Below are positions 9,208 through 18,364 of a DNA stretch of 37,200 nt, in pieces (position 1 is the stretch's first letter; every line of letters starts with the position of its first letter). Both the position numbers and the translations under genes were made by a program. Source of the DNA: an uncultured Rhizobiaceae group bacterium (GTDB lineage: Bacteria; Pseudomonadota; Alphaproteobacteria; Rhizobiales; Rhizobiaceae); contig CALDZZ010000226.1 of the NCBI GenBank assembly GCA_937944075.1, positions 1 to 37,200 of the forward strand. Direction: 5' to 3'. Under the pieces are notes generated by a model. It saw only the letters and a list, made by a program, of their open reading frames with translations, was not told the DNA's origin and ran no database searches.

Positions 9208-12200
9208 ATGGTTCATCCATGGATAACATTATTCGTGGCAATTGTTTATGTGCTGCTTTTGTTTGCTGTTGCCAGTTATGGGGACCGCAAGATTCTAGGT
9301 GATCAGCAAACCCGCAGCAGACCCAACATCTATGCTTTCAGCCTGGCCATTTATTGTACGACCTGGACTTTTTTTGGTTCTGTAGGGCTTTCCTCTACCA
9401 ATGGCGTGAACTTTATTGCCATTTATCTTGGCCCAATACTGATTGTTACGCTTGGCTTTCCTCTTGTGCGAAGGGTAATCAAGCTATCCAAGGAAGAGCG
9501 TATCACTTCTGTTGCAGATTTTATCGGATCGCGGTTTGGAAAAAACAACAAGGTTGCAGCTGTTGCTGCAATCATCGCAGTTGTCGGGACCATTCCCTAC
9601 ATCGCACTTCAGTTAAAGGCGATTTCCAGATCCGTGGATACACTTCTAGTCAGTTTCGACAACGGGTTTCCTTCCGGCGCGCCACCCTTTGGTGATATTT
9701 CACTCCTGGTTGCCATCGCGCTTGTAATCTTTGCCATTCTTTTTGGCACCCGACATGCCGATGCGACCGAGCACCAGCATGGGTTGATGCTTGCAATCGC
9801 CATGGAATCTGTCATCAAGCTCATCGCCTTCCTGTTTGTTGGTATCTTTGTGACCTGGTTCATGTTTGACGGCATCGCAGACTTGCTCACCAAGGCAGCA
9901 GTCAATCCGAATATTCAACAGATTATCGACAATGGTTTTGATGCTGGCAATTTTCTTATTCTTACTTTTTTGAGCTGTAGCGTTTTTCTGCTTTTGCCAA
10001 GGCAGTTCCATGTTGCTGTCGTTGAAAATAATTCCATGAAGGAGCTGGAACGCGCGCGCTGGCTCTTCCCGGCTTATCTTGTCGCCATCAACCTGTTTGT
10101 TATTCCGATTGCCCTTGCCGGCACCTTGAAGTTTGGGGTTGCTGCCAATGCAGATGACTATGTGCTTTTGTTGCCATTGCTGGAGGATCAAAGGGTTCTG
10201 GGGCTGCTTGTCTTTATTGGTGGCCTGTCTGCCGGTACTGCCATGGTTATTGTGGCTTCCGTTGCGCTTGCCATCATGATTTCGAATGACCTTGTTTTGC
10301 CTGTAATCTTGCGAATGCGCTCAAGGCGTGGATTGGCCGAACCCAAGAACATGGAAACCACGATTCTCAACATCAGGCGAACCGCAATTTTTGCCGTGCT
10401 GTTTCTGGCTTATCTCTATTATGAAGCTGCAGATAATTCTGCCGCACTTGCTTCCATCGGGCTTGTTTCCTTTGCAGCCATTGCGCAACTGGCACCTGCG
10501 TTTTTTGGTGGCCTGTTTTGGAAGAAAGCCAATGCACGTGGCGCAATGCTGGGTATGGCAGCCGGATTCTTTGTTTGGGCCTATTGCCTATTACTTCCAA
10601 CCCTTTTGTCAGAAAATAATTCATTTGTGGTTTATGGCCTGTTTGATTTTGCCTGGCTTAAGCCTGAATCCCTGTTTGGCACCTCCTTCAGCCCGATTGC
10701 AAATGGCGTGATCTGGAGTTTGTTCTTCAATACAACCGCCTTTGTGGCAGGTTCCCTAAGTCGTGATTCCGACCCATTGGAGCGCATGCAGGCATCCTTG
10801 TTTGTCGCCTATCAGGCGCCTGCAGTACGATATTCAAATGCTGACAGATCGAACGTACAGGTTGGACAGCTAAAACAAATGCTGATGCGTTACATTGGCG
10901 AGAAACGTACAGAGCGATCATTTGCCAGCTATTGGAGTGACCAGAACCTCAATGCAAGTGATCATGATTATGTTGACAACAACATTCTGAGATTTTCCGA
11001 ACAGCTTCTTGCCAGTGCCATTGGGGCCTCTTCATCGCGTCTCGTGCATACCTTGTTGCTGAAACGCTATGACAATCGTGGCACCAATAACCTTGAGTTG
11101 CTGGACGAGGCTTCGCGTGCACTCCAGTTCAACCGGGACGTTTTGCAAACGGCTCTGGATCAGATCGAACAGGGTATTACAGTGTTTGACGGTGATTTCA
11201 GACTTGCCTCATGGAATACGCAGTTCCGGAAAATTCTCAATCTTCCAACAAGAATTGGCCAGGTTGGCCTCCCCCTATCAGAAGTTGCGCGTGAGATTGC
11301 TCTTCAAAACAATCTGGGTGAGATGGATGAAAATGGTGAAGCCATCATGGAAAAATTGATCAACCAGGCAAAGGCATGGCAATTGAAATTGCCCATGACA
11401 GACCAAATCCTGGAAATCAGCACAAGCCCCATGCCGGAGGGTGGTATCGTTGTCACCTGGCACAATATTACCCAACGGGTAAAATCCGATGAGGCAATCA
11501 AGGAAGCCTATGAAACGCTAGAAGGGCGCGTGGAAGAAAGAACCCGTGAACTTGAACAGGCAAAACAGTTTGCCGATCAGGCCAACGCCAGTAAAACCCG
11601 CTTTCTGGCAGCTGCCGGACACGATGTTCTGCAACCGCTGAATGCAGCAAGATTATATTCTGCCACATTGATTGAACGCGCAAATGGCAAGAATGATGCA
11701 ATATTGGCAGACAACATCAACAAGTCGCTTGGATCCGTTGAGGAAATTCTGGCTTCCATTCTGGCCATTTCCAGACTGGATACTGCCAACCCTGAAATCA
11801 ACATCACCAGCTTTCCGCTCTCAGACATCACCAAACAATTGCAGATAGAATTTGAACCCATTGCCCAATCGCATGGGCTTGAACTTGGCTTCGTCCATTG
11901 CACCAAATGGGTAAAGACTGACCGCGCCCAGTTACGCAGGCTCCTGCAAAACCTGATATCAAATGCAATCAAGTTCACTCAAGAAGGTCGTGTGCTGGTA
12001 GGATGCAGAAACCTTGGCAACCGGGTTTCTCTGGAAGTTCATGATACCGGCATCGGAATACCGGAAGAACACAGGGAGCACATTTTCGGCGAGTTTCACC
12101 GTTTGAACAACATGTCCAACAAGGTGCCAGGCCTCGGCCTTGGCCTATCCATTGTGGATCGTATTGCCCAGCTGCTTGGATTGAGAGTTGAACTTGAAAA

Positions 12201-12693
12201 CAAACGCAAGAATGGCACAACTTTCAAGCTTGAACTTGAGACAACTGACATCGGCGCCGATAGCCGACAAGTTCGCAAGATCACTCGCAAAAGAAAATTG
12301 GGGCAACTGACAGATACCAGTATTCTTTGCATTGATAATGAAGAAGCAATCCTGCAGGGCATGCATGCCTTGTTGAGTGAATGGGGATGTGTGGTGGCAA
12401 CCGCCACAGACTATGAAGAAGCCATTGATTTGCTCAAAGGTGATTTTGGGTATCCGGATCTTATTCTTGCAGATTACCATCTGGAAGAAACCACGGGAAT
12501 TTCGGTTTATGAAAAACTGCTTGGAGAGATTAACAAGTCCATTCCTGGCGTCTTGATTACGGCTGACAGGAGCGAGGAAGTAAAAAAACTTGCAGAAAAG
12601 TCTGGACTAAGCCTCTTGAACAAGCCGGTCAGGCCGGCAGCACTTCGCGCCCTGGTGACCGAAAACAAACGTCGCGCAATAGCGGCTGAATAA
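9208..12693 (+). CDS. Hybrid sensor histidine kinase with N-terminal sodium:solute-symporter (SLC5)-like domain, PAS, HisKA, HATPase and receiver (CbrA/CrbS-like architecture)
   Basis: About 500 aa of multi-TM symporter-like sequence, then a PAS region (ALDQIEQGITVFDGDFRLASWN). H-box FLAAAGHDVLQPLN has its His codon at 11620-11622. ATPase motifs are HDTGIGIP and GLGLGLSIV. Receiver LILADYHLEE has its Asp codon at 12472-12474. Start ATG 9208 follows GGGGAAG. Confidence 0.85.
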   Translation: MVHPWITLFVAIVYVLLLFAVASYGDRKILGDQQTRSRPNIYAFSLAIYCTTWTFFGSVGLSSTNGVNFIAIYLGPILIVTLGFPLVRRVIKLSKEERITSVADFIGSRFGKNNKVAAVAAIIAVVGTIPYIALQLKAISRSVDTLLVSFDNGFPSGAPPFGDISLLVAIALVIFAILFGTRHADATEHQHGLMLAIAMESVIKLIAFLFVGIFVTWFMFDGIADLLTKAAVNPNIQQIIDNGFDAGNFLILTFLSCSVFLLLPRQFHVAVVENNSMKELERARWLFPAYLVAINLFVIPIALAGTLKFGVAANADDYVLLLPLLEDQRVLGLLVFIGGLSAGTAMVIVASVALAIMISNDLVLPVILRMRSRRGLAEPKNMETTILNIRRTAIFAVLFLAYLYYEAADNSAALASIGLVSFAAIAQLAPAFFGGLFWKKANARGAMLGMAAGFFVWAYCLLLPTLLSENNSFVVYGLFDFAWLKPESLFGTSFSPIANGVIWSLFFNTTAFVAGSLSRDSDPLERMQASLFVAYQAPAVRYSNADRSNVQVGQLKQMLMRYIGEKRTERSFASYWSDQNLNASDHDYVDNNILRFSEQLLASAIGASSSRLVHTLLLKRYDNRGTNNLELLDEASRALQFNRDVLQTALDQIEQGITVFDGDFRLASWNTQFRKILNLPTRIGQVGLPLSEVAREIALQNNLGEMDENGEAIMEKLINQAKAWQLKLPMTDQILEISTSPMPEGGIVVTWHNITQRVKSDEAIKEAYETLEGRVEERTRELEQAKQFADQANASKTRFLAAAGHDVLQPLNAARLYSATLIERANGKNDAILADNINKSLGSVEEILASILAISRLDTANPEINITSFPLSDITKQLQIEFEPIAQSHGLELGFVHCTKWVKTDRAQLRRLLQNLISNAIKFTQEGRVLVGCRNLGNRVSLEVHDTGIGIPEEHREHIFGEFHRLNNMSNKVPGLGLGLSIVDRIAQLLGLRVELENKRKNGTTFKLELETTDIGADSRQVRKITRKRKLGQLTDTSILCIDNEEAILQGMHALLSEWGCVVATATDYEEAIDLLKGDFGYPDLILADYHLEETTGISVYEKLLGEINKSIPGVLITADRSEEVKKLAEKSGLSLLNKPVRPAALRALVTENKRRAIAAE

Positions 12694-12709
12694 ATGTCTT
12701 TTAATGAAT

Positions 12710-13369
12710 CTATTCTACGATATTGGTAAGTGGCTGATTTGCAGCTATTCTGTTCATCATGATGACCGCTTGTGTTCTACTATCAACATTCAACTTCAGC
12801 AAAACGGCTGAAACATGTGCTTTTACAGTGGCCTCCGAAACACCCAATTCATAGGCTATTTGCTTGTTGAGCAACCCTTCTGACAGCATGGACAAAACTC
12901 TTGTTTGTTGTGGTGTCAGTGATTGTATCTTTGCCAAAAGTTCGCTGGAGGTATCATCAATGTCTGCGTCGATATCAATATTTGGCGGGGTCCAGACCTG
13001 GCCACTTTGAACAGCCTTTATTCCATCCACGATATATTCAACACCTGATGACTTGGGAATAAAGCCGGAGGCCCCAAGCTCTATGCATTTTCTGATGGTA
13101 ACAGGATCTTCGGTTGCAGATACAACGATAACCGGAACATCCTGAAATTCGGACCTGATGGACAGCAAGCCTGAAAAACCTGTCGTGCCGGGCATCGTCA
13201 AATCCAGCAAGACCATTTCCACATATTCGATTTCTCTCAATTGCTGGCGCAGATCATCCAGGTCTCCAGCCAAACGGAAACTGCAGTTTGGCATCAAACC
13301 CTCGATGGCATGCTTGATGGCATCGCGAAAAAGCGGATGATCGTCCGCTATGATTACAACAGGTAGCAA
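12710..13369 (-). CDS. LuxR/FixJ(NarL)-family response regulator (REC + C-terminal HTH)
   Basis: Receiver motifs VVIIADDHPLF and VLLDLTMPG. LuxR-type HTH LTPQQTRVLSMLSEGLLNKQIAYELGVSEATVKAHVSAVLLKL. The preferred start is the TTG at 13369, 7 nt after GGAGGA; the ORF track uses the TTG at 13384. Convergent with the kinase, 16 nt between the stops. Confidence 0.85.
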   Translation of the reverse strand: MLPVVIIADDHPLFRDAIKHAIEGLMPNCSFRLAGDLDDLRQQLREIEYVEMVLLDLTMPGTTGFSGLLSIRSEFQDVPVIVVSATEDPVTIRKCIELGASGFIPKSSGVEYIVDGIKAVQSGQVWTPPNIDIDADIDDTSSELLAKIQSLTPQQTRVLSMLSEGLLNKQIAYELGVSEATVKAHVSAVLLKLNVDSRTQAVIMMNRIAANQPLTNIVE

Positions 13370-13422
13370 ATTGGTGTCCTCCAAAACACACGATTATCAT
13401 ATTGTATTTCAGCAATAACGTA

Positions 13423-13434
13423 AATCATATGATT
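13423..13434. promoter_or_regulatory. 12-bp perfect palindrome AATCATATGATT in the divergent regulator/transporter intergenic region; the half-site-like ATCATAT recurs at 13396-13402
   Basis: Read directly from the sequence. It lies 54-65 bp upstream of the regulator start and about 70 bp upstream of the small-subunit ORF. Confidence 0.3.
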
Positions 13435-13501
13435 ACAATGGCTATTGCTTTATGCTAAATTCTCCAGACAAAGGTCAAAACAGACAGTTGGTTCTTGAAT
13501 A

Positions 13502-13762
13502 ATGCTAAGACTAAAGAAAATGTATAAAACAGGCGATATCAGCCCGGGTAGGTTTTCCGGAGCTATTTGCGCTTTTCTATTTATGCTTGTCTGCTTTATC
13601 CCCCCAATAATCGGCGACAGCCAAATGCAGATTTTTGGCGTTCAATGGTCCTATTTCTACATAATTATCCTTGGCCCTGCACTTATACTTTTTGTTACCA
13701 GTTGGGCGGCCAGTTTCATGGAGAAAATTGATCGCAGTCAGCTGGAAACTGAAAACGACTGA
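13502..13762 (+). CDS. Two-TM small protein resembling the DUF4212 'solute:sodium symporter small subunit'
   Basis: 86 aa with two hydrophobic helices. The FGVQWSYFYIIILGPALILFVTSWAASFMEKID segment resembles the DUF4212 core. It sits 8 nt upstream of the large permease. No clear Shine-Dalgarno. Confidence 0.55.
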   Translation: MLRLKKMYKTGDISPGRFSGAICAFLFMLVCFIPPIIGDSQMQIFGVQWSYFYIIILGPALILFVTSWAASFMEKIDRSQLETEND

Positions 13763-13770
13763 CGCCGCCA

Positions 13771-15618
13771 ATGCAAAAACCGCCACTCGCTTCCTCGACC
13801 TCCCTTACGCTCATGTATATGGCAGCCTTTTTGCTGTGTGTATTTTTTGGCATTATCCTGACACAGGTCGGCACGCCAGGAAATTACATCAGCATGATCA
13901 TGTTTGCATTTGTCATTGGGGGTTATCTGTTTTCCGGTCTGTATGCAAAAACGATGCTGCTTCCTGTTTTTCAAAATACCAATCGCAGTGGCAGATCTTT
14001 TTATACAGGCTTTGCACTTGCTTCAGGCCTTATCTCCAGCGGTGTTTATATCTTTCTCGCCGGTGACTTTTATGCAACCGGCACCGACGCACTAACCCTG
14101 TTTGGCGGACTTGTTCTGGGCGTGGCGCTCATGACTATTCTTTTTGCCTCAAGAATTAACCGCGCTCAAAAATCAACTATGGCCAGCCTGTTCGGGCAAT
14201 CGCGTGCAAGTCGGTTTCTGATTATGCTCATTGTCATCATAACCAGCCTTTTGCTCTTGCACATACAGCTTTCTGTTATTGGCATTATCAGTGAGACCTA
14301 TTTTAATGTCTCCGAGAAAACTGCGATCCTGATATCTGTTTTCGTCATTGGATTTTGTATTATCCTTGGCGGAATACAGTCTCTTTCGATTGTACGCATG
14401 ATTGTTTATCCGATTCTGGTAGTGACGTTTCTTGCGCCACTTGTCTGGATTTCGTTTCAGATTACCGGTAATCCCTTCCCTCAATTTTCATTCGGTGAAG
14501 GCGCCTTGAAGGCAATTTCAGATATTGACAACCAGCTCTTGAGTGCGGGTCTGGTCGAACAAACTGATATATTTGATTTTACTTCAGAAGGGCTTGAATA
14601 TGACGCCGTCAATCATTTTGCGGCCCTTGTTTCGATTGCACTGGGTACAGCTGCAATGCCACATCTGCTGCAACATTTCAGAACCCTGCCGAAAGCAAAG
14701 AATGCGCGAAGAAGCGGTGTCTGGGCGCTTGGTTGCTTGCTTATAATTCTAACCGCCATCCCGGCTGTTGCCGCCTTTGTCAAACTTGATATCTATACCT
14801 CACTTCTAGGGTTGCAGTTATCCGAGCTGGAACAAAATGCTGGCTGGTTATTTGCGCTAAATCAGGATGGGGGTGCCGTTCTATCCATTTGCGGAGCCTA
14901 TGTAACCAGCGCAGCAGAGGCAATTGCCGCATGTGGTGAACCGGCTGACTATTATCTGACGAGTAATGACATTATTCCAAACCTTGATGTGCTGGTCATT
15001 TCGAGTGCAGCTTTCAATTCCTTGCCCGACTTGATGACCATCATTCTTGCAACCGGCGCGCTGCTTGCTATCTGGTCGACTGCGGACGGGTTGATTTTTG
15101 TCAGTGCAAATTCACTTTCAGAAGACGGTTACTGCTCGTTGTTCAGGCCCAAGTCTCCAATGGGGACACGGCTGTTCATGTCACGTTTCTTTCTCGTCAT
15201 TCTGCTGGTTTTATCGAGCTATATGGCTCTCAATCTGGAAATTGATATCCGGTTTGCATTTGCAGCCAGTATCTCGCTTTTGAGCGCTTCGCTTTTTCCC
15301 GCCCTTTTAAGCAAGATATGGATAAGGCACTTGCCAGACAATGCCATCATGATTGGTGTTTTTGCAGGATTTGTCTTTACAGGCATCCTTTTATGGCTTT
15401 CCCATTTTGGCCTGGATGGCATTGCAACAAACGGGGATGAATTTACCTTTGCCATACCGTTCCTTACAGACGATATAAGACCAATGGCAATGGGAACTTT
15501 TGGCATGATAATGAGCATGCTTTTCATCTGGGCAAGCGCAATTATATCTTCCAGACTATCGAATGCGCGTCAGTCAAAAGACACAGCAATGAAAGGCAAT
15601 GCCAATGTTTCTGCCTGA
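13771..15618 (+). CDS. Sodium:solute symporter (SSS)-like permease, divergent (615 aa)
   Basis: About 13-15 hydrophobic segments. The N-terminal block GRSFYTGFALASGLISSGVYIFLAGDFYATGTDALTLFGGLVLGVALMTILFASRI follows the SSS family pattern (GR...G...S...G..G......G.D.L). Paired with a DUF4212-like ORF. Confidence 0.65.
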   Translation: MQKPPLASSTSLTLMYMAAFLLCVFFGIILTQVGTPGNYISMIMFAFVIGGYLFSGLYAKTMLLPVFQNTNRSGRSFYTGFALASGLISSGVYIFLAGDFYATGTDALTLFGGLVLGVALMTILFASRINRAQKSTMASLFGQSRASRFLIMLIVIITSLLLLHIQLSVIGIISETYFNVSEKTAILISVFVIGFCIILGGIQSLSIVRMIVYPILVVTFLAPLVWISFQITGNPFPQFSFGEGALKAISDIDNQLLSAGLVEQTDIFDFTSEGLEYDAVNHFAALVSIALGTAAMPHLLQHFRTLPKAKNARRSGVWALGCLLIILTAIPAVAAFVKLDIYTSLLGLQLSELEQNAGWLFALNQDGGAVLSICGAYVTSAAEAIAACGEPADYYLTSNDIIPNLDVLVISSAAFNSLPDLMTIILATGALLAIWSTADGLIFVSANSLSEDGYCSLFRPKSPMGTRLFMSRFFLVILLVLSSYMALNLEIDIRFAFAASISLLSASLFPALLSKIWIRHLPDNAIMIGVFAGFVFTGILLWLSHFGLDGIATNGDEFTFAIPFLTDDIRPMAMGTFGMIMSMLFIWASAIISSRLSNARQSKDTAMKGNANVSA

Positions 15619-16564
15619 TCCCAAGCTTTTTGAGGATGACAATATCCCAGATGATACCAAGGCACTCAATGATAAGTTGATTGCATTTGCGCAGGCCAAT
15701 CCATCGATGTGGGATTATTCCCCGCAAGCAGTTCGTCAAGCGCGGCGTGAAGGCAAAGGCGCCTTTCCGTTTGAAACCGAAGACCCCAATGCGGAAAATT
15801 TCTTTATCCCTGCACAAGATGGTGATTTGAAATTACGAGCCATACAACCGGATTCGAAATCCCCACGCGGCGTTTTCCTGCACATTCACGGAGGCGGCTG
15901 GATGCTGGGCGCTTGTGACCTGCAGGATGAACGTCTCAAGGAACTTGCCAATGATACAAACCTAACCTGTATTTCTGTAGATTATCGTCTAGCTCCAGAA
16001 ACCCCCTATCCTGCTGCTTGTAATGATTGCGAAGCTGCTGCCCTTTGGCTCGCAACCAAAGGACACGAGAAGTTCAATACCGGTTTTCTCGCCATAGGAG
16101 GAGATAGTGCGGGTGGCCACCTTACAGCGAATGCGCTCGTGCGCTTGCGGGACAAACACAATATTACCGCTTACAAGGCTGCCTTGTTTATCGCCGGAGC
16201 ATTCGACATGGGGGGCACGCCAAGTACGCTTGATTTTCATGAGAAACTGGTTTTGACAACAACGGACATACAGAATTTTGCCTCTGCATTCCTGCAAAAC
16301 AATGAGGACCGGAAAAACCCGGATGTCTCTCCCCTTTATGCAAATCTGGAAGGAATGCCACCAGCGCATTTCAGTGTGGGTACCAAAGATGCCCTAATGG
16401 ACGATTCACTCTTCATGGCGAACAAGTGGGTGCAATCCCAACCTGATACGGAGCTCGATATCTACCCGGGAGCCTGCCATGTGTTTCAGTATTTTCCAGA
16501 GCTTGCACAAACGCGCAAAAGCCGTAAAAGAATGAGTGACTTTCTAAACCGCCTGGCAGGATAA
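15599..16564 (+). CDS. Alpha/beta hydrolase, family IV (HSL-type) esterase/lipase
   Basis: Oxyanion motif HIHGGGWMLG, nucleophile elbow GGDSAGGHL, and downstream Asp (DALMDDS) and His (GACHVF). No signal peptide. The second ATG at 15605 has better AAGG spacing. Overlaps the permease stop (15616-15618). Confidence 0.85.
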   Translation: MPMFLPDPKLFEDDNIPDDTKALNDKLIAFAQANPSMWDYSPQAVRQARREGKGAFPFETEDPNAENFFIPAQDGDLKLRAIQPDSKSPRGVFLHIHGGGWMLGACDLQDERLKELANDTNLTCISVDYRLAPETPYPAACNDCEAAALWLATKGHEKFNTGFLAIGGDSAGGHLTANALVRLRDKHNITAYKAALFIAGAFDMGGTPSTLDFHEKLVLTTTDIQNFASAFLQNNEDRKNPDVSPLYANLEGMPPAHFSVGTKDALMDDSLFMANKWVQSQPDTELDIYPGACHVFQYFPELAQTRKSRKRMSDFLNRLAG

Positions 16565-16568
16565 TTTA

Positions 16569-16922
16569 TTGAACGACACGCCTGAGTACATTTACAAGAT
16601 TGCAACCCGTGAGCAATGGGAAAAAGCTCTTGGAGTTGGCGTTTTTTTTGGCGCTCCCATCGACTTGCAAGACGGTTACATTCATTTCTCAACAGCTGAA
16701 CAGGCGCGCGAAACTGCTGCCAAGCATTTTCATGGACAAACAGATTTAAAGCTTGTGAAGATTGCTACTGCCAGTTTGGGTGATGCACTCAGGTGGGAAG
16801 TTTCACGAGGTGGCGCCCTGTTTCCTCATCTTTATGCCGAACTTTCAACTGCAGATGCAGTCTCGGTAATCGACCTTGGTGAAGATGATAATGGTGGCCA
16901 TATTTTTCCGGATAACATGTAA
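16569..16922 (+). CDS. DUF952 family protein
   Basis: IYKIATREQWEKA...DGYIHFSTAEQ...LFPHLY matches DUF952. TTG start 8 nt after AGGA. Sits immediately upstream of pyrD, as in many Rhizobiales. Confidence 0.75.
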   Translation: MNDTPEYIYKIATREQWEKALGVGVFFGAPIDLQDGYIHFSTAEQARETAAKHFHGQTDLKLVKIATASLGDALRWEVSRGGALFPHLYAELSTADAVSVIDLGEDDNGGHIFPDNM

Positions 16923-18007
16923 TGGGACTCTTTGACATTGCCTCCCAACTGGCAAGGCCTGCCTTGTTCTCCTTTTCACCTGAAAAGGCCCACGGGCTTT
17001 CCATCAAGGCGCTTAAAAGCGGGATTTTGCCAAACTCAAATATTCCAAATGACAGCCGACTGAATGTCAAACTTGCCGGATTGAATTTTCCCAACCCGGT
17101 TGGCCTTGCTGCCGGTTATGACAAAAATGCAGAAGTACCGGATGCCATTTTGAAACTGGGCTTTGGCTTCACAGAAGTTGGAACAATTACCCCCCTTGCA
17201 CAAGCTGGCAATGACAAACCAAGAATATTCCGCCTTGTGGAAGATGAGGCTGTCATCAACAGGCTGGGCTTTAATAATGAAGGGCATGATGCTGCGCTTT
17301 CGCGTCTGAAAACACGGAACCATCGAGGTGGCATAGTCGGGGTCAATATTGGCGCCAACAAAACATCCGAGGATTTTGTTGCAGATTATGAAAAAGGCAT
17401 TGAAACCTTTTTTGATGTCGCTTCATATTTTACCGCGAACATCTCTTCTCCCAACACGCCCGGCCTGCGGAATCTTCAGGCTGCAGAAGCACTACAAACC
17501 CTGCTTGACCGGATTTTTGAGAGAGTCTGGGCATGCGAGAGCAAATACAAGAAATCAGTCCCTGTCTTTCTCAAAATAGCGCCTGATCTGACCGAGTACG
17601 AGATGGATGATATTGCGGAAGTGGTGAAAGACTCTCATCTTGATGCATTGATCGTTTCCAATACAACGCTGGACAGGAGCGGACTCAAAGACCAAAAACA
17701 GGCTGGCGAGGCTGGTGGATTATCCGGCAAACCGTTGTTTCAAAAATCAACAAAAGTTCTCGCCAACATGCGAATGCGGCTTGGTCCGGACATGCCTCTG
17801 ATTGGCGTTGGCGGCATTTCGAATGCCAATGATGTCATACACAAGATTGAAGCGGGTGCTTCTCTTGTTCAGGTCTATACAGGCTTGATTTATGAAGGCC
17901 CATGCCTGCCTGCCAAAATTGTTGAGGGCCTCCTTGAGCATATTGAGAAAAACAAGATATCAAACATTCAGGATCTCGTTGGCACTAAAACAGACGACTG
18001 GCTTTAA
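16922..18007 (+). CDS. pyrD: Dihydroorotate dehydrogenase (quinone), class 2
   Basis: GLAAGYDKNAE, GFGFTEVGTITP, NRLGFNNEG, NISSPNTPGLR and GVGGI motifs; 361 aa. The ATG overlaps the upstream stop (TAATG). Confidence 0.93.
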   Translation: MGLFDIASQLARPALFSFSPEKAHGLSIKALKSGILPNSNIPNDSRLNVKLAGLNFPNPVGLAAGYDKNAEVPDAILKLGFGFTEVGTITPLAQAGNDKPRIFRLVEDEAVINRLGFNNEGHDAALSRLKTRNHRGGIVGVNIGANKTSEDFVADYEKGIETFFDVASYFTANISSPNTPGLRNLQAAEALQTLLDRIFERVWACESKYKKSVPVFLKIAPDLTEYEMDDIAEVVKDSHLDALIVSNTTLDRSGLKDQKQAGEAGGLSGKPLFQKSTKVLANMRMRLGPDMPLIGVGGISNANDVIHKIEAGASLVQVYTGLIYEGPCLPAKIVEGLLEHIEKNKISNIQDLVGTKTDDWL

Positions 18008-18016
18008 GGACTTACC

Positions 18017-18364
18017 ATGTGTGATGTAACAATCTGGCATAATCCAAGATGCTCGAAATCCAGGCAGACGCTTCAGCTTTTGCAGGAAAATGGCCATGAG
18101 CCGACGATTGTTGAATATTTGAAAGACACACCGGATCGAACCCAGATCTTACAGGCTCTTGTAAAGCTTGGCATGAGTGCACATGATCTCATGCGACGGG
18201 GAGAAAGCATTTACAAGGAACTTGGTCTTTCAAGGGAAACGCCTGACAAGGTTCTCGTACAGGCCATGCACGAAAACCCGATATTAATTGAACGTCCCAT
18301 CGTCTTTGCCAATGACAAGGCAGCCATTGGCCGGCCTCCTGAGCAGGTTTTGGACATTCTTTAG
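18017..18364 (+). CDS. arsC: ArsC-family (glutaredoxin-type) arsenate reductase-like protein
   Basis: ITIWHNPRCSKSRQTLQLL N-terminus with the catalytic Cys context; 115 aa; C-terminal ERPIV motif. Confidence 0.7.
   Translation: MCDVTIWHNPRCSKSRQTLQLLQENGHEPTIVEYLKDTPDRTQILQALVKLGMSAHDLMRRGESIYKELGLSRETPDKVLVQAMHENPILIERPIVFANDKAAIGRPPEQVLDIL

Noticed and set aside
9700-10191. 163-aa ORF antisense to the sensor kinase symporter domain
   Set aside because: Shadow ORF within a strongly supported CDS. Its composition mirrors the hydrophobic codons on the other strand.
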